A stretch of 64,000 bases of DNA from Candidatus Binatia bacterium (GTDB lineage Bacteria; Desulfobacterota; Binatia; HRBIN30): NCBI GenBank assembly GCA_038245295.1, contig JBBRSP010000011.1:138658-202657 (forward strand). The letters run 5' to 3'. Every line of letters starts with the position of its first letter. Within the stretch, counting starts at the first letter, position 1. Positions 19,457 to 28,955 of this stretch are shown one piece after another. The notes below the pieces were generated by a model. The model worked only from the letters and a program-made list of their open reading frames with translations. It did not search any database and was not told where the DNA came from. Made by a program: the position numbers and the translations under genes.

Positions 19457-20372
19457 GGCGGGCGAGCCACGTGGTTGGGGAACTGGTCGCGAGCACACAG
19501 GCACCATTCCACAGGAAATTGCGGCGCGTCGGCGACAGGGTCAGCTGCCGCCACGCCAGGCTCGACAACTTCTCGACCGGTGCGACACCGGTGTCGATTT
19601 CCAGTTTAACGTTGAGCCCGTGATGGTCGGAGTAAGGCGCGTCGGCGGCTTGGCTTTCGATGCGCACGATTTGCACCATACGCATGGTCCACGTCGGCTT
19701 GCGCAAGAGAACATAGTCGATCCACTGCGTCGGCTCCGACGCCATGACCGTCGTACCACAGTGGCAGCCGTCACGGTGGCCCTTGGTGACGTCGAGCCAG
19801 GTTCCGATGAGAGAACGATAGATGGCGTCATCCGGCGCCGTATTGAAGTCGCCGCACGCAACAACCGGGATTTCGGGTGCGATGGCAGCGACCGTTTCGT
19901 TGAACTGATCCACCTGGGCGCTGCGGACTTCTGCGTAGGTGCGTGTGCCGTATTGTGCTTGCAGATGTGTGTTGAGGATCGTCAGCGGCTGCCCGTCCCG
20001 TTCCAGCTCGAGTTGGTGGAAACCCTTGTTGGCGTAGCCGTCACCTTCCCAGATGCGCCAGACCGGCGCTTCGACGTGGAACGCTGTGAAGCGGCGCTGC
20101 CGAATCGCCCAGCGGCTGCGGCGGCGCACGAAGGTCAGCAAGCCGCCCTGCGAACCGGGGAACCATCCGTGTGGCGGCTCGGCGACCACGTAGGCGAGCT
20201 CGAGTTGCGCCACGAGCGCGGCAGCTTCGGAAGGGAACCAGACTTCCTGTAGGCACAGGATATCGGGCAACTGCTGCAGGATGTATTCGGCGGCGGCCGC
20301 GAAGCGTTGTGCCCGTCGCGGCGCCAGCGGTGGTCCGTGGAGGTTCCAGGTGATGATGTGTAGGGGGAGCAT
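19419..20372 (-). CDS. Endonuclease/exonuclease/phosphatase family protein
   Basis: ITWNL, LCLQEV, NTHL, CGDFN, IDYV, YSDH. Confidence 0.88.
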   Translation of the reverse strand: MLPLHIITWNLHGPPLAPRRAQRFAAAAEYILQQLPDILCLQEVWFPSEAAALVAQLELAYVVAEPPHGWFPGSQGGLLTFVRRRSRWAIRQRRFTAFHVEAPVWRIWEGDGYANKGFHQLELERDGQPLTILNTHLQAQYGTRTYAEVRSAQVDQFNETVAAIAPEIPVVACGDFNTAPDDAIYRSLIGTWLDVTKGHRDGCHCGTTVMASEPTQWIDYVLLRKPTWTMRMVQIVRIESQAADAPYSDHHGLNVKLEIDTGVAPVEKLSSLAWRQLTLSPTRRNFLWNGACVLATSSPTTWLARLTEDPESPESIE

Positions 20373-20508
20373 CGTCCTCGGTGAAGCTGTCAGAGGTCGG
20401 TGGTTGGGTACGGGGTGAGGGATACAGGGTGGATCATCGGTTGCGTTCCGCGTAACACCAATCGGCCTGCTCTTGAACCCCCGGGTCGGGACAGAGGATA
20501 ACGGAATC

Positions 20509-21162
20509 ATGGAGATCGATATCGACCGCATTGGTGAAGACGTGCCGTTGCTCGAGGGCTTGCGAACGACACGCGCGCTGCGTCGTTTGAAGCCGGATCC
20601 GGTGCCGACAGCGCTGATTCGCAAAGTGTGCGAGGCGGCGACCTTCGCGCCGAGTGGCGGCAATCGGCAGCCGTGGTTTTTCATTGCCGTCACGGAAAGC
20701 GAGCGGCGTGCTTGGGTAGCGGAGCGTTATCGCCGATATTTTCTTCACTACATCGCCCCAGCCGTGGAGGCGTCGAAGCAGGCAGACTTTCCGGAAGCGA
20801 AGCGCAAGAATCTCCACTCGGCGGTACATCTGGCGCAGCATCTACACGAAGTGCCGGTGCATCTGTTTGTCGCCGGCTGGACCCGGCGTGGCGCGGTGCA
20901 GAGCCAGGCGCTGTTCCCGTGCATCCAGAATCTACTGCTCGCCTGCCGCGCCGTCGGTCTCGGCGCCTCACTCACCACGGTGCACTTGGCGTTCCAACGT
21001 GAGCTCGACGACTGGCTCGGCCTACCCGAGAATTGCCCCACGGCCGCGTTGATTCCGATCGGTTGGCCGACCGGCCGCTACGCTCGCCCAGTTCGCCGCC
21101 CAGTCGACCAATGCCTCTTTTTTGAACGTCTCGACCCCGCCGCCTTCCACCGCACCAAATAA
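20509..21162 (+). CDS. Nitroreductase family protein
   Basis: TTRALRR, APSGGNRQPW, QNLLLACRAVGLG, IPIGWP. Confidence 0.9.
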   Translation: MEIDIDRIGEDVPLLEGLRTTRALRRLKPDPVPTALIRKVCEAATFAPSGGNRQPWFFIAVTESERRAWVAERYRRYFLHYIAPAVEASKQADFPEAKRKNLHSAVHLAQHLHEVPVHLFVAGWTRRGAVQSQALFPCIQNLLLACRAVGLGASLTTVHLAFQRELDDWLGLPENCPTAALIPIGWPTGRYARPVRRPVDQCLFFERLDPAAFHRTK

Positions 21163-21246
21163 AAGGGGACAGGACCCTTTGTACGTGCCGACTTTCCCCT
21201 TGTTCTGCGGCTTACTCCCACCTGGAAAAGGGGGCAGGACCCGTTT
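21161..21246. repeat. Two direct copies of a short palindromic AAAAGGGG(A/G)CAGGACCC(T/G)TT element
   Basis: 21161-21180 aaaaggggacaggacccttt and 21226-21246 aaaagggggcaggacccgttt. Confidence 0.6.
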
Positions 21247-21308
21247 GGCGCCCCGGGTGGCTACGAGATCGGCGATGGGGTAGTCGCGACGTAATTAAGG
21301 AGTCATCA

Positions 21309-22022
21309 ATGTCCGAATCGATCGTGCGCTACGAACTGCGCGGCAATGTAGCTGTGTTGACCATGGACGATGGGAAGGCAAACGCGCTTTCCAATCCGAT
21401 GATGCAGGCGCTGCACGCCGGCCTTGATCGTGCCGAGAAGGAAGCCAAGGCCGTGCTGTTGGTTGGCCGCCCGAAGCGGCTGTGCGCCGGCTTCGACCTC
21501 AGCGTCATGACCCAGAGTCTGGAAGCGATGCAGTCCATGGTGCTCGACGGTGCCGAACTGTTGATGCGAATGTATCTGTTCCCGCGTCCCGTCGTGATTG
21601 CCTGCACGGGCCACGCCCTGGCGGCGGGGGCCCTGCTTCTGCTGGCGGCCGATCGACGCCTTGGTGCCGCCGGTGACTGGAAGATTGGTCTCAACGAAGT
21701 TTCGATCGCCATGCCCTTACCGACCTTCGCCGTCGAGCTGGCGCGCGATCGCTTGTCGCCGCGCTACTTCGCTGCGGCCACGACCATGGCGCAGATTTTC
21801 GACCCGAGTGGTGCGGTCGAAGCCGGCTATCTGGATGCCACGGTCGAGCCCGGTGTTCTGCTGGATACGGCTCTGGCCGATGCCGAGCGTATGGCGGCCT
21901 TACCCGACCCAGCGTTCCGTCTGACCAAGCAACGCGAGCGCGGCGAGTCGGTGCGCCGCATTCGCGCGACGTTGAAAGAGGATATAACGCAGCTCACAAC
22001 GCCTCGCCCCCCGGGAGCGTAG
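21309..22022 (+). CDS. Crotonase/enoyl-CoA hydratase family
   Basis: MDDGKANAL, CAGFDL, TGHALAAG, IGLNEV; AAGGAG RBS. Confidence 0.9.
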   Translation: MSESIVRYELRGNVAVLTMDDGKANALSNPMMQALHAGLDRAEKEAKAVLLVGRPKRLCAGFDLSVMTQSLEAMQSMVLDGAELLMRMYLFPRPVVIACTGHALAAGALLLLAADRRLGAAGDWKIGLNEVSIAMPLPTFAVELARDRLSPRYFAAATTMAQIFDPSGAVEAGYLDATVEPGVLLDTALADAERMAALPDPAFRLTKQRERGESVRRIRATLKEDITQLTTPRPPGA

Positions 22023-22040
22023 TCACCGAAAGGGTATGGA

Positions 22041-23111
22041 ATGATGAATCGACTGACACGTTGTTGTCGTCTCGTGCTGCTGCCCGTTCTTCTCTGCCTC
22101 GCTGCGTGCGACCGCGTCGAACAGAAACTGATCGAACGGGCCGCAGCGCGCAATCTCGTCGCCGACCACACCGAGTTCCTGACCGACGGGAATCTGCATG
22201 TGATCCTCTGTGGTACTGGCAGTCCTGTGATCGATCGCGATCGCGCCGCGGCATGCACTGCGGTGATCGCCGGAAACCATTTCGTCTTGGTCGACACAGG
22301 AAGCGCCTCGTGGCGCGAGGTGGCGCTGAGTCATCTGCCACGCGCCAATCTCGAGGCCGTGTTGCTGACCCATTTTCACTCCGATCACATCGGTGATCTC
22401 GGTGAGGCGACCGTGCAGAGCTGGATTTCCGGGCGCACCAAACCTCTGGTCGTGTACGGCCCCCCCGGGGTCGAGCGAGTCGTGGCCGGCTTCTCCGAGG
22501 CCTACGCGCTCGACAGCGGCTATCGCACGGCGCACCACGGCGCCGCCGCCATGCCACCGTCCGGCTCTCAGATGGTCGCCTCAACGTTGCCCATCCCCGA
22601 GCTCGGCAAGAGTGAAGTTGTCTTCGAAGCCGACGGTCTGCGCGTTACGGCGTTCGCGGTCGATCACAAGCCCGTCGAGCCGGCGTTTGGTTACCGCTTC
22701 GATTACAAGGGGCGATCGGTTGTCGTCAGCGGCGATACGAAGAAGGACAGCAACGTCGTCACGCAGTCCAAAGGCGCCGACGTCCTCCTGCACGAGGGAT
22801 TGGCGCGCAACATCATCCTGCCGGTGTCGGTGTACGCGCACGAGCATGGGTTGGAGCGTTGGGGCAAGTTGAGCAACGACATCACGACCTATCATGCCAG
22901 CCCTGTGGATGCCGCCGAGGTGGCGCGCGACGCCGGCGTAAAGATGCTGGTGTTCACACACATGGTGCCGGCAGTCTCTAATTTCCTGACGCGTCGTCTC
23001 TTTCTGCGCGGCGTCTCCGATACCTTCAGTGGCAAGGTCGAACTCGGCTACGATCGCATGCACATGACCCTGGCGCCGAACAGTACCGAGGTGAAGATCA
23101 GCTCGATGTGA
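22041..23111 (+). CDS. MBL-fold metallo-hydrolase (RNase Z/AtsA-like), likely lipoprotein
   Basis: LCGTGSP, THFHSDHIGD, SGDT, HEG, THMVP; LAAC lipobox. Confidence 0.88.
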   Translation: MMNRLTRCCRLVLLPVLLCLAACDRVEQKLIERAAARNLVADHTEFLTDGNLHVILCGTGSPVIDRDRAAACTAVIAGNHFVLVDTGSASWREVALSHLPRANLEAVLLTHFHSDHIGDLGEATVQSWISGRTKPLVVYGPPGVERVVAGFSEAYALDSGYRTAHHGAAAMPPSGSQMVASTLPIPELGKSEVVFEADGLRVTAFAVDHKPVEPAFGYRFDYKGRSVVVSGDTKKDSNVVTQSKGADVLLHEGLARNIILPVSVYAHEHGLERWGKLSNDITTYHASPVDAAEVARDAGVKMLVFTHMVPAVSNFLTRRLFLRGVSDTFSGKVELGYDRMHMTLAPNSTEVKISSM

Positions 23112-23117
23112 TGCGGT

Positions 23118-25967
23118 TCATCGTTGCACGGCGAAGTCGACCTGCAGCGCGGTCACATCGTTGCTGTCGTTGACGTCGCCGGACGGTCCCGTCGCGACGA
23201 GTAGGACCGTGCAGCGGCCCGGAGCCTTTGCCGTTGCCGACGGGAAATTAGCCACGCGCAACGTAATCGTCGCTTTGCCGCGAGCCCGGCGGTGGTTGCC
23301 GACCCGCACCGTGTTGCCGGGGACGGCGGTCGGACGGTGGAAGATCACACCCCCGAGTGTGCCGCTCGGGCAATCACCATCGCTGCCGACAACCGTGACG
23401 GCGTGGCCGTCGACATCAAGCGCATCACCGTTCACTACCTTCAGATGTACCTGGCGACTGATCTCCGACTTGCCTGCCGCAACCTTCACCCGCAACGGAG
23501 AGAGACTATCGATCGCGGTCTGATGCCGAACCATCGGGTCGGCATCGTGCGCGTCGACGACGTTGATCTCGACCGTCGCCAGGTTGTTGCCGGGCGACGG
23601 ATCGGCGTTGCCGTTGGCCAGCACCGAAGCGGCGAGGGCAATCGTGCAGCGAGCTGGTGAGAACTTGTTTTCCGATTGAAATGCCGCCGCCGTGATTCTC
23701 AGGGCAATCGTCGCCAGGCTCGTGCGCGCAGCTTCGAGGGTGATCGTGTCCTGTTGCCCGGGCGAATTCGGATCGAGGTCGGGTTTGCTGAAGATTGTAC
23801 CGGGTGGGCAGGTGCCATCCGTGGCTTTCACTTGAATCGTTGCGGCCGCGCTACCGCCGTTGCCTACCCGCGCGACCAACACTGTCGATACGTCGTCCTG
23901 ATCGTCGCGCAGGCGCACGGTTTGTGGCTTCGGCGGCACGATCACCGCGTCGAAGGTCGACACGGGAGTTGGGCTTGGTGTCGCGGTGATTGTTGCTGTG
24001 CGCGTGACACTGGCGGTGCCGGTGCGTGTGGCAGTCCCCGTCGCCGTGCGCGTTGCCGTGAGACTCGCCGTTGGCGATGGCGGCGGAGTGCCGGTGCGCG
24101 TCGGTGTCGGGGCGCCTGGGATCGTCGTCGACGTTCGCGACGCCGTCGGGCTTGGCCCGACGGGTGAAGGTGTTGCCGTCGCCGCACAGGGCGTCGTCGC
24201 CGGCGCGCAGCCAAGCTGGGCATCGCAACTCGTCTGGCACGGCACGCTCGGGCCGCATGACTCGACGCGACAGAAGCCCGAGCAGCCGTCGCAATTGGCG
24301 GCGTTGCCGCCGTCGCATTCCTCGGGATACTCGATGCGACCGTTGCCACACGTGGGGCACGGTCGCAGGCAGTCGAGCTCCATGCCGGCCGAACAATACG
24401 GCAACGTCGTGATCTGCGCCGCTGGTAGGATGCCGGCGACCCGGAGTTGCGGTGGCTTTTGCGTCGGTGCGGTCAGGCTCACGACACCGTCCGCACCGGA
24501 AGATCCTTGCGAACGCGCCGCGTTGATCGTGCCGTCGACGCGCAATTGCTCGCGCGCGACTATTTGCAAGAAGCCGGCGGTGCCGGGGGCTCGACCGAGA
24601 ACCCGCGCGATCGCGCTGACCGTGAGATTGCAGCCGCGCAGGTCGACGCTGCCGCCGTCGCCGCAGCCATCGACGTCACAAGCGCCGCCATCGACATCGA
24701 TATCGGCGCCGATGGTCAGCGTGCCGCTGCCATTGCTGCCGGCCTCAACGTTCACCGAGCCACCGAACCCACCGTTGTAGCGGCCACTGCTGTCGACGCG
24801 TCCGTTCATCGTGATGTCGCCCACCACATCGATGTCGATGTCACCACCGTTGCCGCCGCCGCTGGCGTCAAGGAATCCGGAATGCACCATCACGGTTGCG
24901 CCGCCGATGTCGATTGAGCCGCCGCCGCCGTAAAGGCCATTGGCGCGAGCCGACACGGTCGAGGTACTCTGGATCTCGATCAGTCCGGCGGCGTTGAGAT
25001 CAATCTCGCCGCCGTCGGCATCTGGACCGGCCCCTTCGGCGAAGATGCCGGCCGCGAGGATGAGGTCGCCGAAGGTGGCGGTCAACGCAGCCAAGCCGCC
25101 CTCGCCGCCGGCCACGACGTTGTAGTCACTGCCCCTCAGCAACACCGGCGCGGCGACGCGTAAACCCTTTCCCGCCACAACCACGAGCGAACCGCCGCTG
25201 CCGCTATCGCCTGTGCCGTTGGCGCGCAGACCGCTTAGCACGATGCTGCCGACGGCACTGATCGTTGCCTGCCCGCCATTGGAGCCGCTGATGTCGACCT
25301 CGTCGCCCAGAGCCACATCGCCCTGGGCGTTGACGCTCATCACCCCGCCACCGATCGTCGACTGGTTGCCGCCTGTCGCTGCGATGATGCTGCCGAGTGA
25401 GGTGGTGGTGTTGCCGCCGCTCTCGAAGACAATCCGGCCACCGGCGCCGCTTGCCGTAAGTTGATTGGCTTCGATGCGACCGGCGATGCTGATCGTTGTG
25501 CCGGCGCGCAGCATCACGGAGCCCGCGACTGCGTTGCCTGAGACATCAATTCGCGCGCGTGTGCTGCCGTTCTTCTGCAACGTGATGCTGCCGACGGTCT
25601 CGATGGTCAGTGCGCCGCCGTGATCCGCCGGGCTGCTGTTGCCGGTGCCACGTGCATCGATGAAGGCCCCGGCATTCATGATGAGCGAGCCGGCGCGAAT
25701 GGTCACCGTCGCGTTGGCCGCGCTCAGTACGCTTGTTGTGCCTAGAACGAGTGGTCGCGTCCCAAAATCGAGTGTGCAGGCGTCGGGGACAGTGAAGGTC
25801 TTGTTGATGGTACAGGTGCCTGTTGCCGGGCAGCCGGCATCCTGCGCCATGACCTGTGCGGCCGTGCAAGCCGTCAAGGCATCGGCGCTTTGGGCCAGAA
25901 GAACCACGGTAGCCAACCCCACCAAGCCTGCGATCAACATGGCGCCAGTATGGCCGCCCGCCGTCAA
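23118..25967 (-). CDS. Large secreted surface protein: Gly-rich beta-solenoid passenger, Myxococcus-type Cys-rich repeat, PT linker, tandem unknown C-terminal domain
   Basis: Signal peptide; GG.I.I.A repeats; CGNGRIEYPEECDGGN; TPT linker; two ~135-aa C-terminal repeats. Confidence 0.85.
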   Translation of the reverse strand: MTAGGHTGAMLIAGLVGLATVVLLAQSADALTACTAAQVMAQDAGCPATGTCTINKTFTVPDACTLDFGTRPLVLGTTSVLSAANATVTIRAGSLIMNAGAFIDARGTGNSSPADHGGALTIETVGSITLQKNGSTRARIDVSGNAVAGSVMLRAGTTISIAGRIEANQLTASGAGGRIVFESGGNTTTSLGSIIAATGGNQSTIGGGVMSVNAQGDVALGDEVDISGSNGGQATISAVGSIVLSGLRANGTGDSGSGGSLVVVAGKGLRVAAPVLLRGSDYNVVAGGEGGLAALTATFGDLILAAGIFAEGAGPDADGGEIDLNAAGLIEIQSTSTVSARANGLYGGGGSIDIGGATVMVHSGFLDASGGGNGGDIDIDVVGDITMNGRVDSSGRYNGGFGGSVNVEAGSNGSGTLTIGADIDVDGGACDVDGCGDGGSVDLRGCNLTVSAIARVLGRAPGTAGFLQIVAREQLRVDGTINAARSQGSSGADGVVSLTAPTQKPPQLRVAGILPAAQITTLPYCSAGMELDCLRPCPTCGNGRIEYPEECDGGNAANCDGCSGFCRVESCGPSVPCQTSCDAQLGCAPATTPCAATATPSPVGPSPTASRTSTTIPGAPTPTRTGTPPPSPTASLTATRTATGTATRTGTASVTRTATITATPSPTPVSTFDAVIVPPKPQTVRLRDDQDDVSTVLVARVGNGGSAAATIQVKATDGTCPPGTIFSKPDLDPNSPGQQDTITLEAARTSLATIALRITAAAFQSENKFSPARCTIALAASVLANGNADPSPGNNLATVEINVVDAHDADPMVRHQTAIDSLSPLRVKVAAGKSEISRQVHLKVVNGDALDVDGHAVTVVGSDGDCPSGTLGGVIFHRPTAVPGNTVRVGNHRRARGKATITLRVANFPSATAKAPGRCTVLLVATGPSGDVNDSNDVTALQVDFAVQR

Positions 25968-26005
25968 AGCTCAATTCGTTGATTGCATAGCTGCAATGCA
26001 GCCAG

Positions 26006-26105
26006 TTCATTTAGCCATTTGGCCAATTAGCCATTTGGTCAGTTGGTCAGGGCGGGCCAAACGACGACATCAGCAAATGGCCAAATGGCCAACCGGCCAA
26101 ATGGG
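26006..26105. repeat. Inverted pair of 8-bp tandem arrays (CCATTTGG)n ... (CCAAATGG)n
   Basis: ttcatttag-ccatttgg-ccaattag-ccatttgg-tcagttgg, then caaatgg-ccaaatgg-ccaaccgg-ccaaatgg. Confidence 0.75.
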
Positions 26106-26119
26106 ATGGCCTCCTGGCC

Positions 26120-27637
26120 TCAATCGTTCTTGTCGAGCACGTCGATCGTAAACTTGGTGATGTTGTTGCTCGGGATTGGATCGGGATCGGTCGGACTGAC
26201 GCTCTTTATGTCGACGGTGCAACGCAATGGCGCCCGTTGGTTTGGTGTGTGTACGTCGGCCGCCTGGACCGTGATTGGCAGCAACGCTGGCTTCGTCGCG
26301 CCACCTTTGACGGTGATCGGGTTGTCGCCGCCAGGTGTTGATGGATCGAAGTCGATGGTGCCGGCGGTGAGCCAGCCACACAAGATTGGGTTGTTGACGG
26401 TGATGTCATGCCCTGGAAACTCGAGTATCGGCAGCACGTCGGCGTTGGTTGTCTTCACCTTGACGATCTTGGTCTTGCCGAACCCGCCGGCGCCGATCTT
26501 GAGAACCAGGGGCGGTAGACTCTGGGTGACGGTTTCGTGGGTCAGCGATTGTTCCGGGACGTCGGTTTTGTCGAGGATGTTGAGATCGACGGTGATCGAG
26601 TTGTTGGTGGCCGTCGGGTCGGCGTTGCCCATCACCAGCGGGAACAGGGCGTCGACGCTGACGCTGCAGCGTGCCGGCGCCTTGCGATAGTAGAGGGTGC
26701 TGGCGGCGGGAGTGACGTCGATGAGGATGGTGGCGCTCTTGGTCTGGCCCGGGCGGACCACGATGGTGTTCTGATCTCCCGGAGCGACTGGGTCGAAGTC
26801 GGGTTGGCTGATCGTGATTCCCATTCCGCACTCGTTGGTTTGATTCAATTGGATGGTCTGATCTGGGCTGCCGGCCGGGTCGGCGTTGAGGACCCGCACC
26901 TTCAGCTTCTTGGTCACCACCGTTTGATTGGTGGTGCGGATGATTGCGTTGACCGCCTTCGCCGGCAGAACCACAGCGTCGTGCATCGGTGGTGGAATGG
27001 TTGCGGTGTCGGTCGCGGTGGCTGTCTGGGTCGGTGTCAGGGTTTGAGTTCGGGTTGGTGTGTCGGTCGGCGTCGGGGTTTGGGTCGGCGTGTCCGTAGA
27101 GGTCCGCGTGCTCGTCTGCGTTCGCGTACTCGTGGGCGTTGGGGTCGCGGCCGCCTGGATCACCAAGGTGGCATACGATGCCTGGTCGACGGTGTTGAGG
27201 TTATTGAAGTTCACGGCATTGCCCCAGCCGCGAATGGTCTCGCTGCTGAAGCTCGCGGGGGCGGTCCACTGGAAACTGAAGGTTACGACAGTTCCGTTGC
27301 CGGCCTTGGCGCCGGTATGAGTAATCTCGCCGCCGGCGAGTTTGGTGCCGCCGGAATTCGGACCACCAACAGCCAGGGTTCCGGCCGTTGCACCGAAATC
27401 GAGGCCGGCGCGATGTTGCGAGCCGATTTCCGAAACCGTAACCGTGTAGGTTTGCGTGTCGCCGGGGAGGACGCTCGTCGGCCCAGTGATCTGGACGGTC
27501 GGCGCGCTGCCGCCAGAATGGCAGCTGTTGCATCCGAACATCATCCCCGCCGTCAGTCCTGTTTGCCCTGTGCTGAACGCCCACGACCGCCCCGCCGTCA
27601 GCAGAAGTAGTGCTGCAACCAATGCCTTACGTCCCAT
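26120..27637 (-). CDS. Secreted protein: CxxCH / choice-of-anchor V (Reeler-like) domain, PT linker, tandem unknown C-terminal domain
   Basis: Signal peptide ending SWA; GCNSCHSGG..ITGPT..F.WTAP; TPT linker; GGAG RBS. Confidence 0.85.
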   Translation of the reverse strand: MGRKALVAALLLLTAGRSWAFSTGQTGLTAGMMFGCNSCHSGGSAPTVQITGPTSVLPGDTQTYTVTVSEIGSQHRAGLDFGATAGTLAVGGPNSGGTKLAGGEITHTGAKAGNGTVVTFSFQWTAPASFSSETIRGWGNAVNFNNLNTVDQASYATLVIQAAATPTPTSTRTQTSTRTSTDTPTQTPTPTDTPTRTQTLTPTQTATATDTATIPPPMHDAVVLPAKAVNAIIRTTNQTVVTKKLKVRVLNADPAGSPDQTIQLNQTNECGMGITISQPDFDPVAPGDQNTIVVRPGQTKSATILIDVTPAASTLYYRKAPARCSVSVDALFPLVMGNADPTATNNSITVDLNILDKTDVPEQSLTHETVTQSLPPLVLKIGAGGFGKTKIVKVKTTNADVLPILEFPGHDITVNNPILCGWLTAGTIDFDPSTPGGDNPITVKGGATKPALLPITVQAADVHTPNQRAPLRCTVDIKSVSPTDPDPIPSNNITKFTIDVLDKND

Positions 27638-27838
27638 TTCGCCTATCTCCCTCGCGCCGAGCCGCATACTTGATCGCCGACTCTCACCGAGGCCGCTTCA
27701 CCAGTCAAGGAAAGATTGCAAAAGCCCCAGCCCGGCCGCGAAGCGTGGTCCGTACCAGTTGCAGGGCCTTGCCGTCGATCAGATGGCCGCGCTGGTTGCG
27801 GACGGCTGCCGCGGGCGTCGAACAACGGCACGACTGGA

Positions 27839-28825
27839 TCAGCCAACGCGGGGGATGACCTCGCGTCCAAACGTTTCCATCATCTCAGGCGCAAAGAAGT
27901 TGCAGAAATAGTAGGTCACGCCAAGCTCGTCGCGGCGGCGGCGAATTTCGGCGGCAATCTGCTCGGTGGTGCCGACGAGGGTATTCGGCGAGCGCATGAC
28001 CGCGGCGCGATCGGTGACACCCATCGCCTGCATGATGCCGTTCGCATACATCTCCGCCTCCTCGGGTGTGCGGCCGATCATGATGTAGACCATCGCCGAC
28101 AGCTCGATTGACGACGGGTCACGGCCGATCTTGGCGCATTCGGCGTGGAGCAGGGCGATACGTTTGCTGAACTCGGCCATATCGAACTTCTGGATCTCTT
28201 CCATGACGACCTTGCCGAACTTGCCACCGGCCGGCGGGATGATGTTGATCACGTCGGCCTGCGCCGCGGCGACGCGGATCAAGCGTGGGCCACCGCCACC
28301 AATGACGATGCGCGGTATCGGTGTGGGCTTCGGTTCGTGTGGCGCGTTGGTGATCTTGTAGTGCTCGCCCTGATAGTCGACGGTCGGCTCGCTCCACAGT
28401 TTTTTAATGAGCTCGAGACTCTCGCGCATCTGATCGATACGCACCGCTGGCGCCGGGTAGGGAATGTCGAAGGCGTCGTATTCCTCGCGAAACCAACCGG
28501 CGCCGAGCCCGAGCTCGGTGCGGCCGCCGGAAATGTGTTGCAGTGTCGTGATGATCTTCGCCAGCAGGGCCGGGTGGCGGAAGGAGTTGGCGGCGACGAT
28601 TTGCGTCAGCACGACACGTTTGGTCAGGGGCGCCAGCGCGGCCAGCATGGTGAAACACTCGAGGCGCGGTGCGGTGCGATCGTGGCCCATCAAACCGGTC
28701 ATGAAGAAGTGGTCTTCCGCGGCGATGGCGTAGAAGCCGGTCTCCTCGGCAAGGGCGGCGCGGCTGCGGGCACTTGCAAAGTCGTTCAACGGCAGGACGG
28801 CAGCGAACTTCATCGAGTGTTTCAT
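27839..28825 (-). CDS. LLM-class (probably F420-dependent) oxidoreductase
   Basis: EDHF, LECFTMLAALA, FRHPALLAK, SGGRTELGLGAGW..EY, IGGGGP. Confidence 0.88.
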   Translation of the reverse strand: MKHSMKFAAVLPLNDFASARSRAALAEETGFYAIAAEDHFFMTGLMGHDRTAPRLECFTMLAALAPLTKRVVLTQIVAANSFRHPALLAKIITTLQHISGGRTELGLGAGWFREEYDAFDIPYPAPAVRIDQMRESLELIKKLWSEPTVDYQGEHYKITNAPHEPKPTPIPRIVIGGGGPRLIRVAAAQADVINIIPPAGGKFGKVVMEEIQKFDMAEFSKRIALLHAECAKIGRDPSSIELSAMVYIMIGRTPEEAEMYANGIMQAMGVTDRAAVMRSPNTLVGTTEQIAAEIRRRRDELGVTYYFCNFFAPEMMETFGREVIPRVG

Positions 28826-28850
28826 GGGCGCTGCTGTACCGGGAAATTTT

Positions 28851-28890
28851 CCATTTGGCCATCTTGCCGTATGGCCATCTTGCCAGTTGG
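28851..28890. repeat. 8-bp tandem array, CCATTTGG family
   Basis: ccatttgg ccatcttg ccgtatgg ccatcttg ccagttgg. Confidence 0.65.
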
Positions 28891-28955
28891 TTATGAGCCC
28901 CCGCGATAGCGAGAGCCGGATTGCTCCACGGCGCGCGAGTTCGTAAGACGGTCCA

